DNA of 64,000 nt, taken from assembly GCF_006345805.1 (NCBI RefSeq), contig NC_043004.1, positions 32,426,001 through 32,490,000 on the forward strand. Direction: 5' to 3'. Source of the DNA: Octopus sinensis. Lineage: Eukaryota. A model generated the notes under the pieces. That model worked only from the letters and a program-made list of their open reading frames with translations, had not been told where the DNA came from and did not search any database. The position numbers and the translations under genes were made by a program. Below, piece by piece: positions 42,378 to 57,322 of the stretch (position 1 is its first letter; each line of letters starts with the position of its first letter).

Positions 42378-42765
42378 GCACATGGTCTGAAATTTAAGGA
42401 AAGGGGACTACTTAATCACCTCGACCCCAGTGCGTAACTAGTACTTATTTCATCGACCCCGAAAGAATGAAAGGCAAAGTGGACCCCGGTAGAATTTGAA
42501 CCCAGCTTGTAGCGACGGGAGAAATACCTATTTCTTTACTACCCACAAGAGGCTAAACACAAAGGAGACAAACAAGGACAGACAAACGGATTAAGTCGAT
42601 TATATCGACCCCAGTGCGTAACTGGTACTTAATTTATCGACCCCGAAAGGATGAAAGGCAAAGTCGATCTCAGCGGAATTTGAACTTAGAACGCAATGGC
42701 GGATGAAATGCCACAAAGCATTTCGCCCGGCATGCTAACGTTTCTGCCAGCTCGCCGTCTTGGAT
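42378..42765 (-). mobile_element. tRNA-derived SINE with internal duplication (family also at 62888-63310 +, 46640-46945, 11205-11343, 22385-22540, 25395-25560)
   Basis: Head ggcgagctggcagaa...gttcaaattccgc. Repeated ctttcggggtcgataaa..taagtaccagtt block. Confidence 0.8.
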
Positions 42766-43935
42766 TAATGGAATTAATAAAAATTGTTTGTAATTCAGGT
42801 TCAGAGCTTGGGTTTAGTCAATACATCGACCCAGTGCTTGTCTGGTACTTTATTGCATCGACCTCATGAAAGGTTAAGACGGCCCTGTACGGATTTGAAC
42901 AGAGACCCTAAAGAGACGGAACAAGGACTGATCGCAATCTTGTTTCAATTCTCATTAATCTTATGACACCAATGCCCTTTAGAAAGGCATGAACGCCACA
43001 AAGTCCGTTTGTATTTCTTTTAAAATACCAGGCTATCAGATGTTGCTGCACATCGCTGGTCACAATGCGCTTCGCATTGTTTTAGCCTCCAAACGACGCC
43101 ACCCCGCTGGCTAAGCGAGCAGGTCAACAGAAGAAAGAGTGAGAGAAAGTTGTGGCGAAAGAGTACAGCAGGGTGTGCTACCACCCCTTCCGGGGCCTCG
43201 TGGAGCTTTAGGTGTTTTCGCTCAATAAACACTCACAACGCCCGGTCTGGGAATCGAAACCGCGATCCTACGACTGCGAGTCCGCTGCCCTAACCACTGG
43301 GCCTTTGCGCCTCCACCTTTTAAAATATACGTACTAATATATAGCTAATGGTCGTAGAGTAGCCAAAGCATAAGTTCCGATGGGTTGGACATGTAAGGTT
43401 CACAGTCAACACAGGGACCGAGTGATATCCAAGAGATCGGAAAGGGCCACTTGGAAGACCCCCACCCACCAGACGATGAGAAGACGATTTAGTCAGTCAG
43501 TTTGGAAAAAAAATAAAACAAAAAAAAGAAGAACGGTGCAATGAAGACAGAATTGGAATCGCATTGTGACCAGCGGTGTATAACAGCATCTGATGGTCTG
43601 GTCAATATTGTGGTAATGTGATATAAATAGTCATCTTAGTGTCATTGACTGAAATAATAACCTTTATCTTTTGACTTCTGTTGCTCCACCTGATATATCA
43701 GGAAGAGTGTGGTTAGCCAAACAGACGATTAGACTGCGGCCATGCTGGGGCACTGCTTTGATGAATTCTTAGTCGAATAAATCGACCCCAGTACTTTTTT
43801 TTGTTTTTAAAAGCCTAGTACTTATTCCATCGATCGCTCTTGCCGAACAGTTAAGTTACGGGGATGTAAACACACCAACACCGCTTGTCAGACGGTGGTG
43901 GGGAACAAACACAGACACAGACAGACAGACAGACA

Positions 43936-43972
<37 letters not shown>

Positions 43973-44428
43973 CGGGTTTCTTTCAGTTTCCGTCCACCAA
44001 ATCCACTCACAAAAGTTTTGGTCGGCCCGTAGCTATAGCAGAAGACACTTGGCCGTGGTGCCACGCAGTGGGACTGAACCTGGAACCAAGTGGTTGGGAA
44101 GCAAGCTTCTTACCACACAGCCACGTCGAAGAAAAAATGAAATTACGGTTTAAACAATAATAGAAAGGTGCAGAGGTACACAACGAAACACTGAAGGCAT
44201 TGCGGAATTTTTACTTTACTCAGCTGCAGACGGAATGTATTTGGCCATATTTGAAATGTATCAGCTTTTTAATGTGAACGAAGTTTCTTTGAATTTCTGA
44301 ATGTGTGTTTCACGGTTCGTTTAATACGTGTTTATATAAAACATTAACATCTATTCGTTAATTCATGAGTGAAACGGATTGTAAAAGAAAGTAATTCTTA
44401 GATGATGATTGTGATGATGATGATGATG

Positions 44429-44486
<58 letters not shown>

Positions 44487-44532
44487 GAAAAAGAAGAAGA
44501 AGAAGAGGAAGAAGAAGAAGAAGAACAACAAC

Positions 44533-45050
44533 AACTTGACAGAAGAATAAATTGGTACGACGACAAACCCGAAGGTATCGTCTAAAATGAAAATGCAAAG
44601 ATCTTATGGGATTTTATGATTCAGTGTGACCATGTCATGCGATAGAGAATAGGAAGTTAGACGTAGTCTTAATTGAGAAAGAAAACAAACTATGCTGGAT
44701 TATAGACATAGCATACCCAGCTGACAACAAGGTATGCGATAAGGAAGAAAGAAAAGTCGAGAGATATGACAGGTTAGCTTGGGAAGTTAAGCAGTTGTGG
44801 TCGATGAAAAAGGTAGCAGTAGTACCAATAACTGTCGGAGCCCTGGGAATAGTGAGCAAAAATTACGAGAGGTACGTGGAACAAATAGGGGCTGCAATAA
44901 GGGTAGAACTCTTGCAGAAAACAGCACTGCTTGGAACCGTTCGAATACTCTGGATGGTGCTCGAAAAGTAAGAGGTGTTACCTTAGTTCTCTGGTAGTGA
45001 ACAGCTGACACCGTAGTACATCTCCAGCGTTAGAAGCTGTGCAAAGGTAA
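44533..45050 (+). mobile_element. R4/Dong-clade LINE 3' end (RLE endonuclease)
   Basis: KILWDFMIQCDH, IIDIAYPAD...KVERY, VVPITVGALG and LQKTALLGT motifs, with a (gat)(aat)n tail. Confidence 0.9.
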
Positions 45051-45073
45051 TGATGATGATGATGATGATAATG

Positions 45074-45114
<41 letters not shown>

Positions 45115-45515
45115 TCCGGGTTAAAATTGATATACAAAAGATGTGGCATCTTAAAGCAAGAACTGTTCCTGTTATTGTAGGTGCTCTAGGAATGACAAAA
45201 AAGGGATGTCAGAAACATCTAGATAAGATCCCAGGAGAACCATGTCTCACAGAAACCCAAAAGATTGTGCTGACAAGTACTGCCCAGATACTCAGAAAAA
45301 CCCTATCAATTTAAATGTATATGTTGTATTATATGAAGATATTTTGCTACTGCCCCTGCCACTTCCCCTCCCCAAGCTTTCAGTCATGCTGTAACATCTC
45401 GTATCCTTCACTCGCCCTAGGATGCTGGGTGTGTCTTGGCAAGTGATTGTAATAAACATACAGATTAAAAGTAAATAATAACACCACCAACAGCAACAAT
45501 AATAATAATAATAAA
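45115..45515 (+). mobile_element. Second R4/Dong-clade 3' end
   Basis: TVPVIVGALG...ETQKIVLTSTAQILRKTLSI*. Starts in the (aat)n tail of the first copy. Confidence 0.85.
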
Positions 45516-45598
45516 TTAATCAGTTTGTAAATGATGCAATAAAATAGAAAAAATATTGGTTGGTTGATTGATTTTTTCAGACACACTTTACAGGGTAG

Positions 45599-45676
<78 letters not shown>

Positions 45677-45903
45677 AAAAGAGAAAAACAGAGAGTTAAT
45701 ATGAGGCACAGGATAAGTACTTATACTAGGCTTGGTGACACGCAACGAGTAAAAGAAGACGCTACACACACATGCACACGGTGAGAAAGAAAGAATTATA
45801 GAGACAAAGAAGGTGGAGGCGGAAGAAGTATATCTATAGTCGGATATAATTGTTAGTTGGTTGGTTGACTGATTTCTCCAGTCATACATTACATCATATA
45901 GAA

Positions 45904-45952
<49 letters not shown>

Positions 45953-47701
45953 GGTTAGAGAGAGAATAAAAAGTGTTACAAAGAGAGTTAACATGCAGTA
46001 GGAGTGCACATACTAGGTTTGGTGGCGCGCAATGAGTAAAACAACGCTACACACAAACACGGAGTTATTCAAATGAGAAATAAGGAGAGGTTCTTCTCTG
46101 TAAACAAAATACAACGGCAATTAATATTTTCCCATTCAAATGCGCCGAGATGGATTAAGAATGAATAGGTAATTCTTTGTTTTCTTTTATTCCTTTTTGT
46201 TCTAAGGTAATAAATATTTTTCGTTTGAAAATTAGTATCCATTTCATACCATTTTGTATAAGCACCAAAAAATTTGCTAAAATCTAAATTATGATTGTAT
46301 GTCTGCCATATTTCCTGATATTATCGATGAGGGTAGAAGAATACTTCTAAAGTTAACCGTAACGGAACGAATAACACTGTAACAAAAAAAAAAAAAAAAA
46401 AAAATGAAGTTCATTAAATTTATTGGAGGAAGGACACCTTTTTGACAACGAAATATCTAATTGTTGACCCTCTTAAGCAAAGTTATTTTTCAATTGACCT
46501 TAACATTGACGACATTAAATTCTTTTTCGTTTTTCTTTTTTCTTTCTATCATCTTCGATTACTTAGTTACAGATAAGCTTTTCCATTAATTCCTGTCTGG
46601 ACACGCTTTTAATGAAATCATGAGATAAACAGTGAGACTCGTTTGCACGCCAGGCAAAATGCTTGGTGGCATTACATCCGTTTTTACGTTCTGAGTTAAA
46701 ATTCCACCGAGGTCGACTTTGCCTATAATCGTTTCGAGATCGATAAAATAAGTACCAGTTGAGTACTGGGGTTGATGTAATCGACTAGTCCCCTCCCCAG
46801 AACTTTCTGGCCTTGTGCCAAAATTTGAAACCAATATTGCACCAGTCTGTCGGCGAGCTAACAGAATCTTTAGTACGCCGGACAAAGGCGTTTGGTAGCA
46901 TTTCTTTCGGCTCTGCGTTCTGAGTTCAAATGCCGCCATACAGATGAGTTTTCCCCACAAATTTCGCTAATACCTCATATTCTTTCCTTCCTTTATTGTT
47001 AAAAGTGTTGTTATAATGTATATTGAACCGTTTATCCATTTACTAAATAATAAATGAGGTTCTTTTAAAGGAATTACTGCTTCAATCCAGTCTGCAAAGC
47101 CAAAAGACTCTGTAACCTGTCCATGATGCTATAGTGATTGTCAGTAAGTGGCATCCTATAATTTTTATAATTGTATGTGAGGAAGAGGGGTCACCATCTT
47201 GTACGCAAACGACAAGAAAATAAAAATTTGTAAGTCATAGCCTATTTATTAAAAAAAATAATAATAAATGCGCCCTTTTTAAAGCCTAATCAGGCTCATG
47301 GGCCTGGTTTCCCGGTTTCTGTGGCGTACGTGCTCCCCAACTGGACGGGACGCCAGTCCATCGCAGCGTTACTCATTTTTGCCAGCTGAGTGGATTGGAG
47401 CAACGTGAAATGAAGTGTTTTGCTCAAGAACACAACGCGTCGTCCAGTTCAGGAATGAAAACCATAATCTTACTAAGCCACGCGCCTCCACATAGCCTAT
47501 TTATTACTGGATGCAATGCGTTAACATATAAGGTTAATAGAAGGAAAATCTTGTAACATCACATGAACATATTTTGCAACCACTTGTCTCAAAGCAAATG
47601 AGGCGAACATCCGCGCGTGTTGGTGTGTATGCGAGTGGCGTGTCTCAATTCATGTCTAGGAACCGACAGTCAAGAGTGACGCAAAATTAGAAATGTGTTC
47701 C

Positions 47702-47792
47702 TTTATATAAGGGATTAACCGGAAGTCCCTAATTTCCACGTCATCCGGAAGTTAATTGGAAATTTCTAGAATGTTAGAGAATTTTCGAGAAG
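47702..47792. promoter_or_regulatory. Heat-shock promoter: 7-unit HSE, two ETS sites, TATA box
   Basis: 47758-47792 gGAAa tTTCt aGAAt gTTAg aGAAt tTTCg aGAAg. CCGGAAGT at 47719 and 47745. TATATAAA on the minus strand at 47702-47709. Confidence 0.7.
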
Positions 47793-48091
47793 GTCGAGGG
47801 AGATTACTCTCGTTAAATCCCTTTTTCGTTTTGCTTTCTTGCTTGACCGCCAGGGGTCACTACAAGGCTATAGACGCTTTCATGTTTGCGTTGTTGCTGT
47901 AGCAACGCCGCTAGAGATCAAACAGACGTCCTGCAACAACAATTATCTCGACAAGCCTGGGTGTTTGGAAAGAAGTGTGCTTCCACCCACGTGGCTCTAG
48001 TTTCAGTCCCGCTGCCTGGCACCTTGAGCAAGTGTCTTCTATCATAGCTTTGTGAGTGGATTCGGTTGACGGAAACTAATAGAACCCCGTC

Positions 48092-48126
<35 letters not shown>

Positions 48127-48379
48127 TCCCCCACCACTGTTTGACAACCGGTGTTAGTTTGTTTACGTCCCCGTAACTTAGAGGTTCTGCGAAAGAGACC
48201 GATAGAATAAGTATCCAGCTTTGGTAAAGAAGAAAACAAAAAGGCATTAAGTAATGGGAGCGATTCATTCGACTAGACTACTCCAAGGTGGTGTTCCAGC
48301 ATGGCCGCAGTGTAATGATTGAAACGAACGAAAGATAGTTTATGTTGACGTCTTATGGCATACCTGAATGCATCCATAC

Positions 48380-48500
48380 TTACATAGATACACACATACA
48401 TGTCATACATTCATATATACATTCATGCGTGTAATGCGTACATTCATACATACATACATACATGCATACATGCATACATGCATACATACATACATGCATG

Positions 48501-48532
<32 letters not shown>

Positions 48533-49080
48533 CATACATGAATACATGCATAAATACATATATACATGCATACATGCATGCATACATACATACATGCATG
48601 CAAACGCACATACGTACATGCATGCATACATGCATACATATATACATACATACATACATACATACATACATACATACATACACACATACATACATACATA
48701 CATACATACATACATACACACATACATACATACATGCATACATACATACATACATACATGCATGCATGCATACATACATACATACATACATACATACATA
48801 CATGTATACATGCATACATGCATACATACATACATACATGCATGCATGCATACATACATACATACATGCATGCATACATACATACATACATGCATGCATG
48901 CATACATGCATACATACATACATGTATACATGCATACATACATACATGCATGCATGCATACATACATGCATACATGCATGCATGTATGCATACATACATG
49001 CATGCATGTATACATACATACATATATGCATACATACATACATACATATATACATATACTCACATATGCATACATATATA
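48380..49080. repeat. (CATA/CATG)n satellite-like tract
   Basis: Direct inspection. Confidence 0.95.
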
Positions 49081-49453
49081 CAAGCTGGTTGTCCACTCAT
49101 TGAACGAGTGTGAGCTATGGTATAGAAAATATATTCCCAGTAATGTCCGTGCGAACGTTAAGAGGAGAACAGATTGCATAGCATTGTGACAAGTGTTTTT
49201 AAGAAAAGTAATGGAGACTAGAGACAAACCAAAGCAAGATATATGTCTCAGAAATGTTGAGGGTTATTTAGAACGGGGTACATTTTCTCCTTGAGACATA
49301 CTATGGCAAAGTGAAGGGCTGGCTCACTCTTTGTGTTCTTGCAGCGCTCCAGGCACCAGACAGGAATTTTTAAGTCACTGTTTTACGTACGTACATACAT
49401 ACGTACATACATACATACATACATACGTACATACATATAGGCACACATATTCA

Positions 49454-49492
<39 letters not shown>

Positions 49493-49702
49493 CATGCGTA
49501 CACACTCATACATACACACACGCAGACTCACAGACACACCCACTTAGCTACGTACGCATATACAATACATAACTAGACAATACACGCACATAGATAAATA
49601 CATATATATGTATACATACAAAGCATATAGATGTTTTATACAAATATACATACAATGAACATAGTGACAGTATGTATGTATGTATGTATGTATATATATA
49701 TG

Positions 49703-49736
<34 letters not shown>

Positions 49737-49947
49737 TATATTTATGTATATATATGTATATATATATATTTATGTATATATATGTATATATATATATGTA
49801 TATATATATATGTATATATATATGTATATATATGTATATATATATGTATATATATATGTATATAATATATGCATATATATCTATATGTATATATATATAT
49901 GTATATATATATATATGTATATATATATATGTATATATATCTATATG

Positions 49948-49978
<31 letters not shown>

Positions 49979-49982
49979 GTAT

Positions 49983-50042
<60 letters not shown>

Positions 50043-50071
50043 TAAGCAATAAGGGTTCAAGTAATACTAAG

Positions 50072-50130
<59 letters not shown>

Positions 50131-50495
50131 CATACGTATGTGGATAGAAACATACATTGATATACAACAATACCTACACGCATACACAGGTATCACATGG
50201 TGAGGTTATTATGTACGTACGCAGAGACACAATTGAAGAACTAAAACAATCTCAAAGACAGGGAAAAAAACTAACATTTAAATTGTGAATAACTTTCAAT
50301 TTAATCGTGACAAAAATTTGTCAGAATTTTTAAAGAACTTCACCGTCTATTTCAAGTTAAATATAATTTAATAGTGAACAGACGTAATCACTATGGCTAA
50401 AAATATAGAAATGGTCTGCAATGGAATCGAGACTATTCCTGCTATCGTTTTTAGTGGAATTACGAACGTTAGAAATATTTATATGAGGAATATAG

Positions 50496-51090
50496 ACAAG
50501 GGTGTATTGAAAAGTTCCTGGTTTGGAGCAAAAGAAAATACAGGAGGATCAGTTATTTATGATTTTATTCAAGACTAGCAGTATCGCCCGGCGTTGCTCG
50601 GGTTTGTAAGGGAAATAACTATATAAAGCATTTTTAAAGATGTAAAGTATAATAGCCATCTCAATATGGCTAACCACAAAGGGGGGGGGGTGTTACTGTA
50701 GCTTTTTACGTTCTGAGATTTAATAATACATTTTTAGAGAGTTACTTCCCTTATATAACAGCAAAAAAAAAATGCATTAAAAATGGGGAAAAATGATGGT
50801 AAATTTTTTTTTAAATCGTAGACTCATCGTAGACGCGCGCTAATACCCAGAAGGGCTCGATATGAATCACGACTATAAGATACCCGCTTTTGGTTACACT
50901 GCACGGCAAAATGTGGGAGTAGTTAGGAATCTAAATCGTAGGAGACAGACACACAACTTCACTTTTATATATAAAGATATTCTCCTCTCAGATTCACACA
51001 CTTATTGCACTGGTCCTTCAGTTTTTCTAAGCCCTGTAAAAGAACTCGGATGATTGGGTCTCCAATCAGGCCTTTCGCAATTCCCTTTCG
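50496..51090. mobile_element. Mariner-like end fragment interrupted by a Helitron
   Basis: caagggtgtattgaaaagttcc terminus. The sequence resumes as ttattcaaga|tattctcctctcagattcacacac after the insert. Confidence 0.6.
50575..50977 (-). mobile_element. Non-autonomous Helitron (copy of 17624-18018)
   Basis: Same TC...hairpin...CTAG structure, inserted at AT with no target duplication. Confidence 0.9.
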
Positions 51091-53369
51091 GCTCCCCCTC
51101 GTATATAAACTAGGACTAAAATACCTTTGATTTTATGCAAAAACTGGAAAGCCTATAGAATATTAAACACACAGAACTATGGTTAAGCCTAAAATATCTA
51201 AATGAACGGGCTGCTAAGGACATGGTTACATACAAAGTGAATCGTCCAAGATGACACCAGATGGCGATGCATGGCTACAGTAACAGTGAGTTAGTGAGGA
51301 AGTAGTACCACAGTGACTGGTAATATGGTAGCTATACCACAGAGCTGCTCTCTCCTAAGGCTGTCATCGCTTTATTTCGAATTTACTGCCTCATTGAGCA
51401 AACGGGGAAATTTCAAAATTTTTTTGACACACAGCAAACGGTTTTGGGATGGTGTGCTGCAGCAAGTTTTAAACATTAACTAGAAAGATAACTATTTGAA
51501 GTAAATATATGAAAGGAATTTCTTCAGTTAGAAATGGATGTCTTAAATGAAATAGCAAGTATTTCACTATAATATACGTAGTCAATGAACATAGTGACAA
51601 TATACGAAACTGTAAATATCAATGTGTTTGACTTTGTCCATACAATTTCAGGTCGTTTATAAAGAAAAGATTAAATATATTGTGAAGTATATTTGCCATT
51701 TAAACTCGCTCTGAGATTTATTATTAAATATATTTGTGGTTCCTTTTCTTTTAGCATTGTTTTGGGAGCAAACATGCTAACGTGTTTGACGAAAGGACAA
51801 AGAGTTGAACTGATAAGTTATCGCTTTGCAACATACCATTTTAGTCACATTTGGTGTCCCATACATTGACTAATGCACGATGTCACGTTGCTGACTCCAT
51901 CACAAGGAACTGAAATTATGTAATCGAAATACAAGCAAACATCTTGGTTTAGAGTGAGCTTCTGGTAACATAAAAAGAAAATAGCATTTCATTTTGCAGT
52001 AAAGTATTCTATGGATTCTTGTAGTTATGCAATGCAACGCATACAATACATTCACAAAACACCAGAAACATTAAGAAATGAAACTAAAAGTAACGTTAGA
52101 CTTGTCTAAATAGCTGTCGGCTCTCATTACTTTCGTCACCTGAGAAATCTGTGCGAGAAAGAATGAAGTGACGAACTATATACAACAACTATTGGTCAGG
52201 AAAATTATAGAAAAATAAACGGTGAAGAATCGTAGAAACATTACTGTGGAGTGGAAGCACTCCGTCGGTTACGACGACGAGGGTTCCGGTTGATCCGATC
52301 AACGGAACAGCCTGCTCATGAAATTAACGTGTAAATGGCTGAGCACTCCACAGACACGTGTACCCTTAACGTAGTTCTCGGGGATATTCAGCGTGACACA
52401 GAGAGTGACAAGGCCGGCCCTTTGAAATACAGGTACAACAGAAACAGTAAGAAAGAGTGAGAGAAAGTTGTGGTGGAAGAGTACAGCAGGGTTCACCACC
52501 ATCCCTGCCGGAGCCTCGTGAAGCTTTAGGTGTTTTCGCTCAATAAACACTCACAACGCCCGGTCTGGAAATCGAAACCGCGATCCTGCGACCGCGAGTC
52601 CGCTGCCCTAACCACTGGGCCATTGCGCCTCCGTAGGAACATTACTATAATGCGGCTGAGTATACCACAGGTAAATTACCAAGTATTACATTTAGTCCCA
52701 GTCCCACAACTACTGGTAGGTGTTATTTAACACTTCGAAACTTGATGAACTACTTTACTTCTCAGAAGAACTAATAAGCAAGTCAAATCTGGCACAATTC
52801 GTAACTAAAACGGTGTGCTGCAGGGTCACAGCTTGTGAGTATTGCTCTTTCTCTCCAGTGGTATAGCTAATAGAGCGGCAAGGGGAGCAACCGCGCCCCG
52901 CGAGCACATTTTTCAAAAACTGGTACCTTTACAACAATTTTTAAAACTCTTTAGTTCATTTGTGCGATAAAAGTCAATTCTCTTTTATTTTGTTAATCGC
53001 ATGGTCTTGAAAGAACTTTTTGGAGTCATTACTTTATTTGACCAACTTCCCTTGTTTTTGAACTCTCTGCTCAATATTCTGTGATGTGTTGGTGGTCGCT
53101 GAAACAAACTCTGACGCCATAACCTCTCGACACTGGATGACCCCGTGGAGTTTCATCTTTTTTCACGTCACACCTATATCAGTAGCTGTAATTTTTATAC
53201 ATAACGACATTTTTACTGAAGTATGAAATTAATGAATGCAGAATACAGTTACGTATATTATAACTAATGAAATATTTCGCATAATATCAGAGAAATGAGT
53301 TAAAAATTGTCATGTATGTGTCCCGGTGCCTTTTTTATCTACTCGCTCCTCCTAACTTTAGAACTCGCC

Positions 53370-54120
53370 GGTTCACCATTACCATCTCTCGAGCTTACTG
53401 AATCTTCTCGTCAGTGGTGGAGGTTGACGTGCGTCCTGCTCCCTTTTCGTGCGTCACACTTGTCCGGTCACTTTTAAACTTCTTGATCCTCTTATGCACA
53501 CTTCTATGCAGTACTGCACTGTTCCCGAATTGTGCTAAAATCTTCCGATGAATTTCAGCACCTAACAATAAAGATATGTTATGGAAAAAGTGCGGATAAT
53601 TTTTGACTTCTCAGCCAGACTAATCTGCACTTCCTGTTGCTACTGAAGTACGGTTTGCATCTTTCTGGGATCTTCAAGTTTATGCTGTACTCCGCGGCGC
53701 TTTCTTTCAAATTCCAGACGTGCTTGGTGAAGGTTGTGGAATTACGTCTTTCTAGGATGTTGAAAGAGGACTTGTGGTTATTAAAGCGGGTTCTGAAAGA
53801 GCCTCCCGTTGCCCCCACATACACCCGCACGCTCAGTTGTCCATTTGGTCCTGTTGCTGTTCTGCCCCGTAAACAACTGTTTTTGTATTGCAGTGACCGT
53901 TTAGTGGACAAGTTGTGTTACCCCTGCATGAGCATCCTGCCTCAGCCTCGGAATTGGGTCTACCTTCTAAAATCTTTTTTACACTAGGTGCACAGCTAAA
54001 GGATAGTCTTCGGGTATGTCTGTTAAATATTTTGTTGAATCTATTAGTTCGGGAGAAGTGTCTATCAACTAAACTAAGGAAGATCTAAACATTTAAAGAG
54101 AATGGCGATGTGAACCATTA
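53370..54120 (-). mobile_element. Penelope-like element 3' part (GIY-YIG)
   Basis: VYVGATGGSFRTRFNNHKSSF...KHVWNLKE...KCRL. Decayed hammerhead at 53374-53419. Confidence 0.85.
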
Positions 54121-54860
54121 CATTTGTATGTTGCATTCATCACGTAGCTTGAAAACAGTGGTTCTGTATATTTCTCCTTAATTAGTGTATAGTGATTAGT
54201 AGAAAATGCTTCTTAAATTAGAAATTCATACCTAAAATGGTTCTTAAGTGACATGAATAGATTCAGTTGGGTTTAGTGAACAATTCAGCGAAAAAATTGA
54301 CGCTGGAGTAGAAAGTCTAATTAATTCCTAATTACGTATCTAATTAAAACTTCTTAATTTGTTTTTCCATACCCGTTTTTTCCCTTAAGTTTTCATTTAA
54401 GTATCACTTTTGTCTAAGGAGTAATAGTCAATGTAATTCATTACTGGAGCTTAAAGTCTAATTAAATTAATTATTTACACAAGTTGATTATCTCATAATT
54501 AGATAATCCATACCTAAGCATACTTAAGAATCACGTTTCATGGTATTAGAACCATTTGTACACATATCATACCCTGCTAGTATTTTGGAGCTTCAAGTCT
54601 TATCAAATCAGGACTGGCTCCTGCATTATTTTGGTAAACTTGTTGCAAAGAATGTGGGCAGTGAAAAATAACCATTTAAATTTCGATTAGGAAGAGATAA
54701 AAACAATTATACTTCCATACATGTATACACGCGCACATATATACATACTAGATGCATACATACATATATAGAAAGATAGATAGATAGATAAATACATAGA
54801 TAGAAAGATAGATAGATACATACATACACACAAACACATACACACACATACACACACACG

Positions 54861-54910
<50 letters not shown>

Positions 54911-55131
54911 CATACAGAGATACATACAGATAAATGGACAGGATTAAGAGACAGACATACGCATACATGTTTCTCTCTAAACATACGTATGTATACACAG
55001 ACAGACATACATAAATACACATACATATATACATGCTGACATACATATATAACAGCTTACATACATATATACATACATGCATACATACAAACATATATAT
55101 ATATATACATATTATATATATATATATATAT

Positions 55132-55163
<32 letters not shown>

Positions 55164-55189
55164 ACATTCATATATATATATATATATAA

Positions 55190-57322
55190 ACGGCCATGAA
55201 TCAGATAGACTTAGGAAGGACCTTATAGCTTTCTTTCAAGGATGGGCTTACGGATTACGATAGATACTAACTGAATAGTGTAGATTTTTTAGACGTAAAT
55301 TTTAATGTAAGATCGGATAGATTTAAACCTTTCCGTAAGCCCAATGAAAAGCTATCGTATATTAGCAAAGATTCGAACCATCCACCAGTTATCCTTAGCA
55401 ACTTAGTCAGCAATGTAGGTAGAGAAGAATATCTTCAATTTCTTCGGACGAGGCAGCATTCCATAATGCTGCACCTTATTACGATAGCGCATTAAAGAAT
55501 AGTGGATTCTCGGAGAAGATCCAGTTCATCAACCAGCTTAATGCTAATAATAATGCTGCACGAAGAAACGGACCAGGAAAGTTTTGTGGTTCAACCCGGC
55601 TTTCAATTTGGCCGTAAAGACTAATATAGGTAGGAATTTTTGAGATTAGTCTCTAAGCATTTTAAGCAGGTCATAAATTCTACAGAATATTTAATAGAAG
55701 AACCCTGAAGGTTAGCTATTCTTGTTGCAGAATTTCGCCTCTTACATTAGCCAACATAATAGGAAGCTAATTGAGATTAGACATGGTGCCGAGCCATTAA
55801 GAAATGTAATTTCAAAAAACGAAAGCTCCTGTCCGTTAGAAGGGAAATGTCTAGTGAAAGGAGTAGTTTATAGAGCCAAGGTGCAAGTGGAAGGCTCATC
55901 GGAATACAAGACATACACAGGGGCTTCAGAAAATTCATTTAAAATAAGATTTATTTCATAAGAATTCTTTAAATACCCAGAGAATAGGAAGAAAACCAGC
56001 CTAGCAAAATATGTCTGGGAACTAAAAGAAAAGGAAGCCCCACCTTTCAACGTGACATGGAGCATTCTGGACAGGGCGGCACCATACAGGCATGGAGCTT
56101 ACAAATATAATTTCAAGTGCAGGCTTGCTTATTAGAGAAAAATGCACATATTATTCAAAGACAATAATTCTTTGAATCAAAGAGTGAGTTAATGAACTTA
56201 TGTAGGCACGCGGCTAAATTTAAAATGTCGAATATAAATATACCATATGGATAGAGTATATATTTTGTATTTTGATTTTTTGATTTTGATTTGACTCTTG
56301 AGCGCTACGACGGACCTAAAGCAAAGTCTTATTGTTTCTACATATATATAGGGAAAAACTACAAACTTTGTTTCATGTTATTGTATTGCATAAGATTACC
56401 TTGATTATTATATTACCTTGATTATTTATAAATGACCCAAAATAGGATGTTATATTTATTTTATATGTCTTTCGTATATATTTTATTAATGCACCCATCT
56501 TTTAAAAGCAATGTTTTTTTAAAAAAAGCAATGTTGTCAAATTTAGAATGTTTATATAAGTTTGTGTATAGCAAAGCATATGTATTTGTAAGCATGCGTA
56601 TCTGTGTATGTGTAAGTGAAAGTATACTTGTGCTTAAGCACGCATACACACGACGGTATGTATATGTATCAATTCAAACTTGTGTATGTATACTGGCCTC
56701 TATAGATGCCAATAATATCGCTACAAGTTTTTTCCCCACCCCTCCTTCGTTCCTTTTTCTCTCTTCCCTTTCTTTCGTTCCCCCTCCTTGCTCAGTATAT
56801 GAGAATTGCTACATAGATGAATTTTAGCTTGCGTGCGAGACGGTTTGCGTGAATATATGTACACATGCTTTTATGTGTATAATTTAGATTCATATTCATA
56901 CGTCTGTATATGTATGTATGGCGTTTACGCGCATCCTTTTGTGTATGTTGATATATATATGTGGATTTTTAATATAAATATGTATTGCAGTATTTATAAC
57001 AGGTTAATTTCTATGCATTAATTGTACTGTCTTCATTAACGGCATAGGTTTTTTCCTCGGTTTTTTCCTCGGATTTATAATTTTTATAAGTTTTTTTATT
57101 ATATATACATATATTTTTGACCTTTTTGTTTATCGCTCGAAGATTGACCGTTTTTTCTAAAGGGCCAATCAAACAAGTCCATTTCTTTTTAAAGGTGTAG
57201 CGTTTGTAAGAGTATAGATTGAATTAATATATAAGTTCCATTCTAGCAAAAACTGTCTGATGAACGGCAACAAGAAACTCAGAGTAACAGATTTGTTGAA
57301 TTTCTGCTGCTTAAAATAAAAG

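Noticed and set aside
43240-43316. tRNA gene
   Set aside because: The A/B-box head continues into a SINE body found in multiple copies, with no full cloverleaf.
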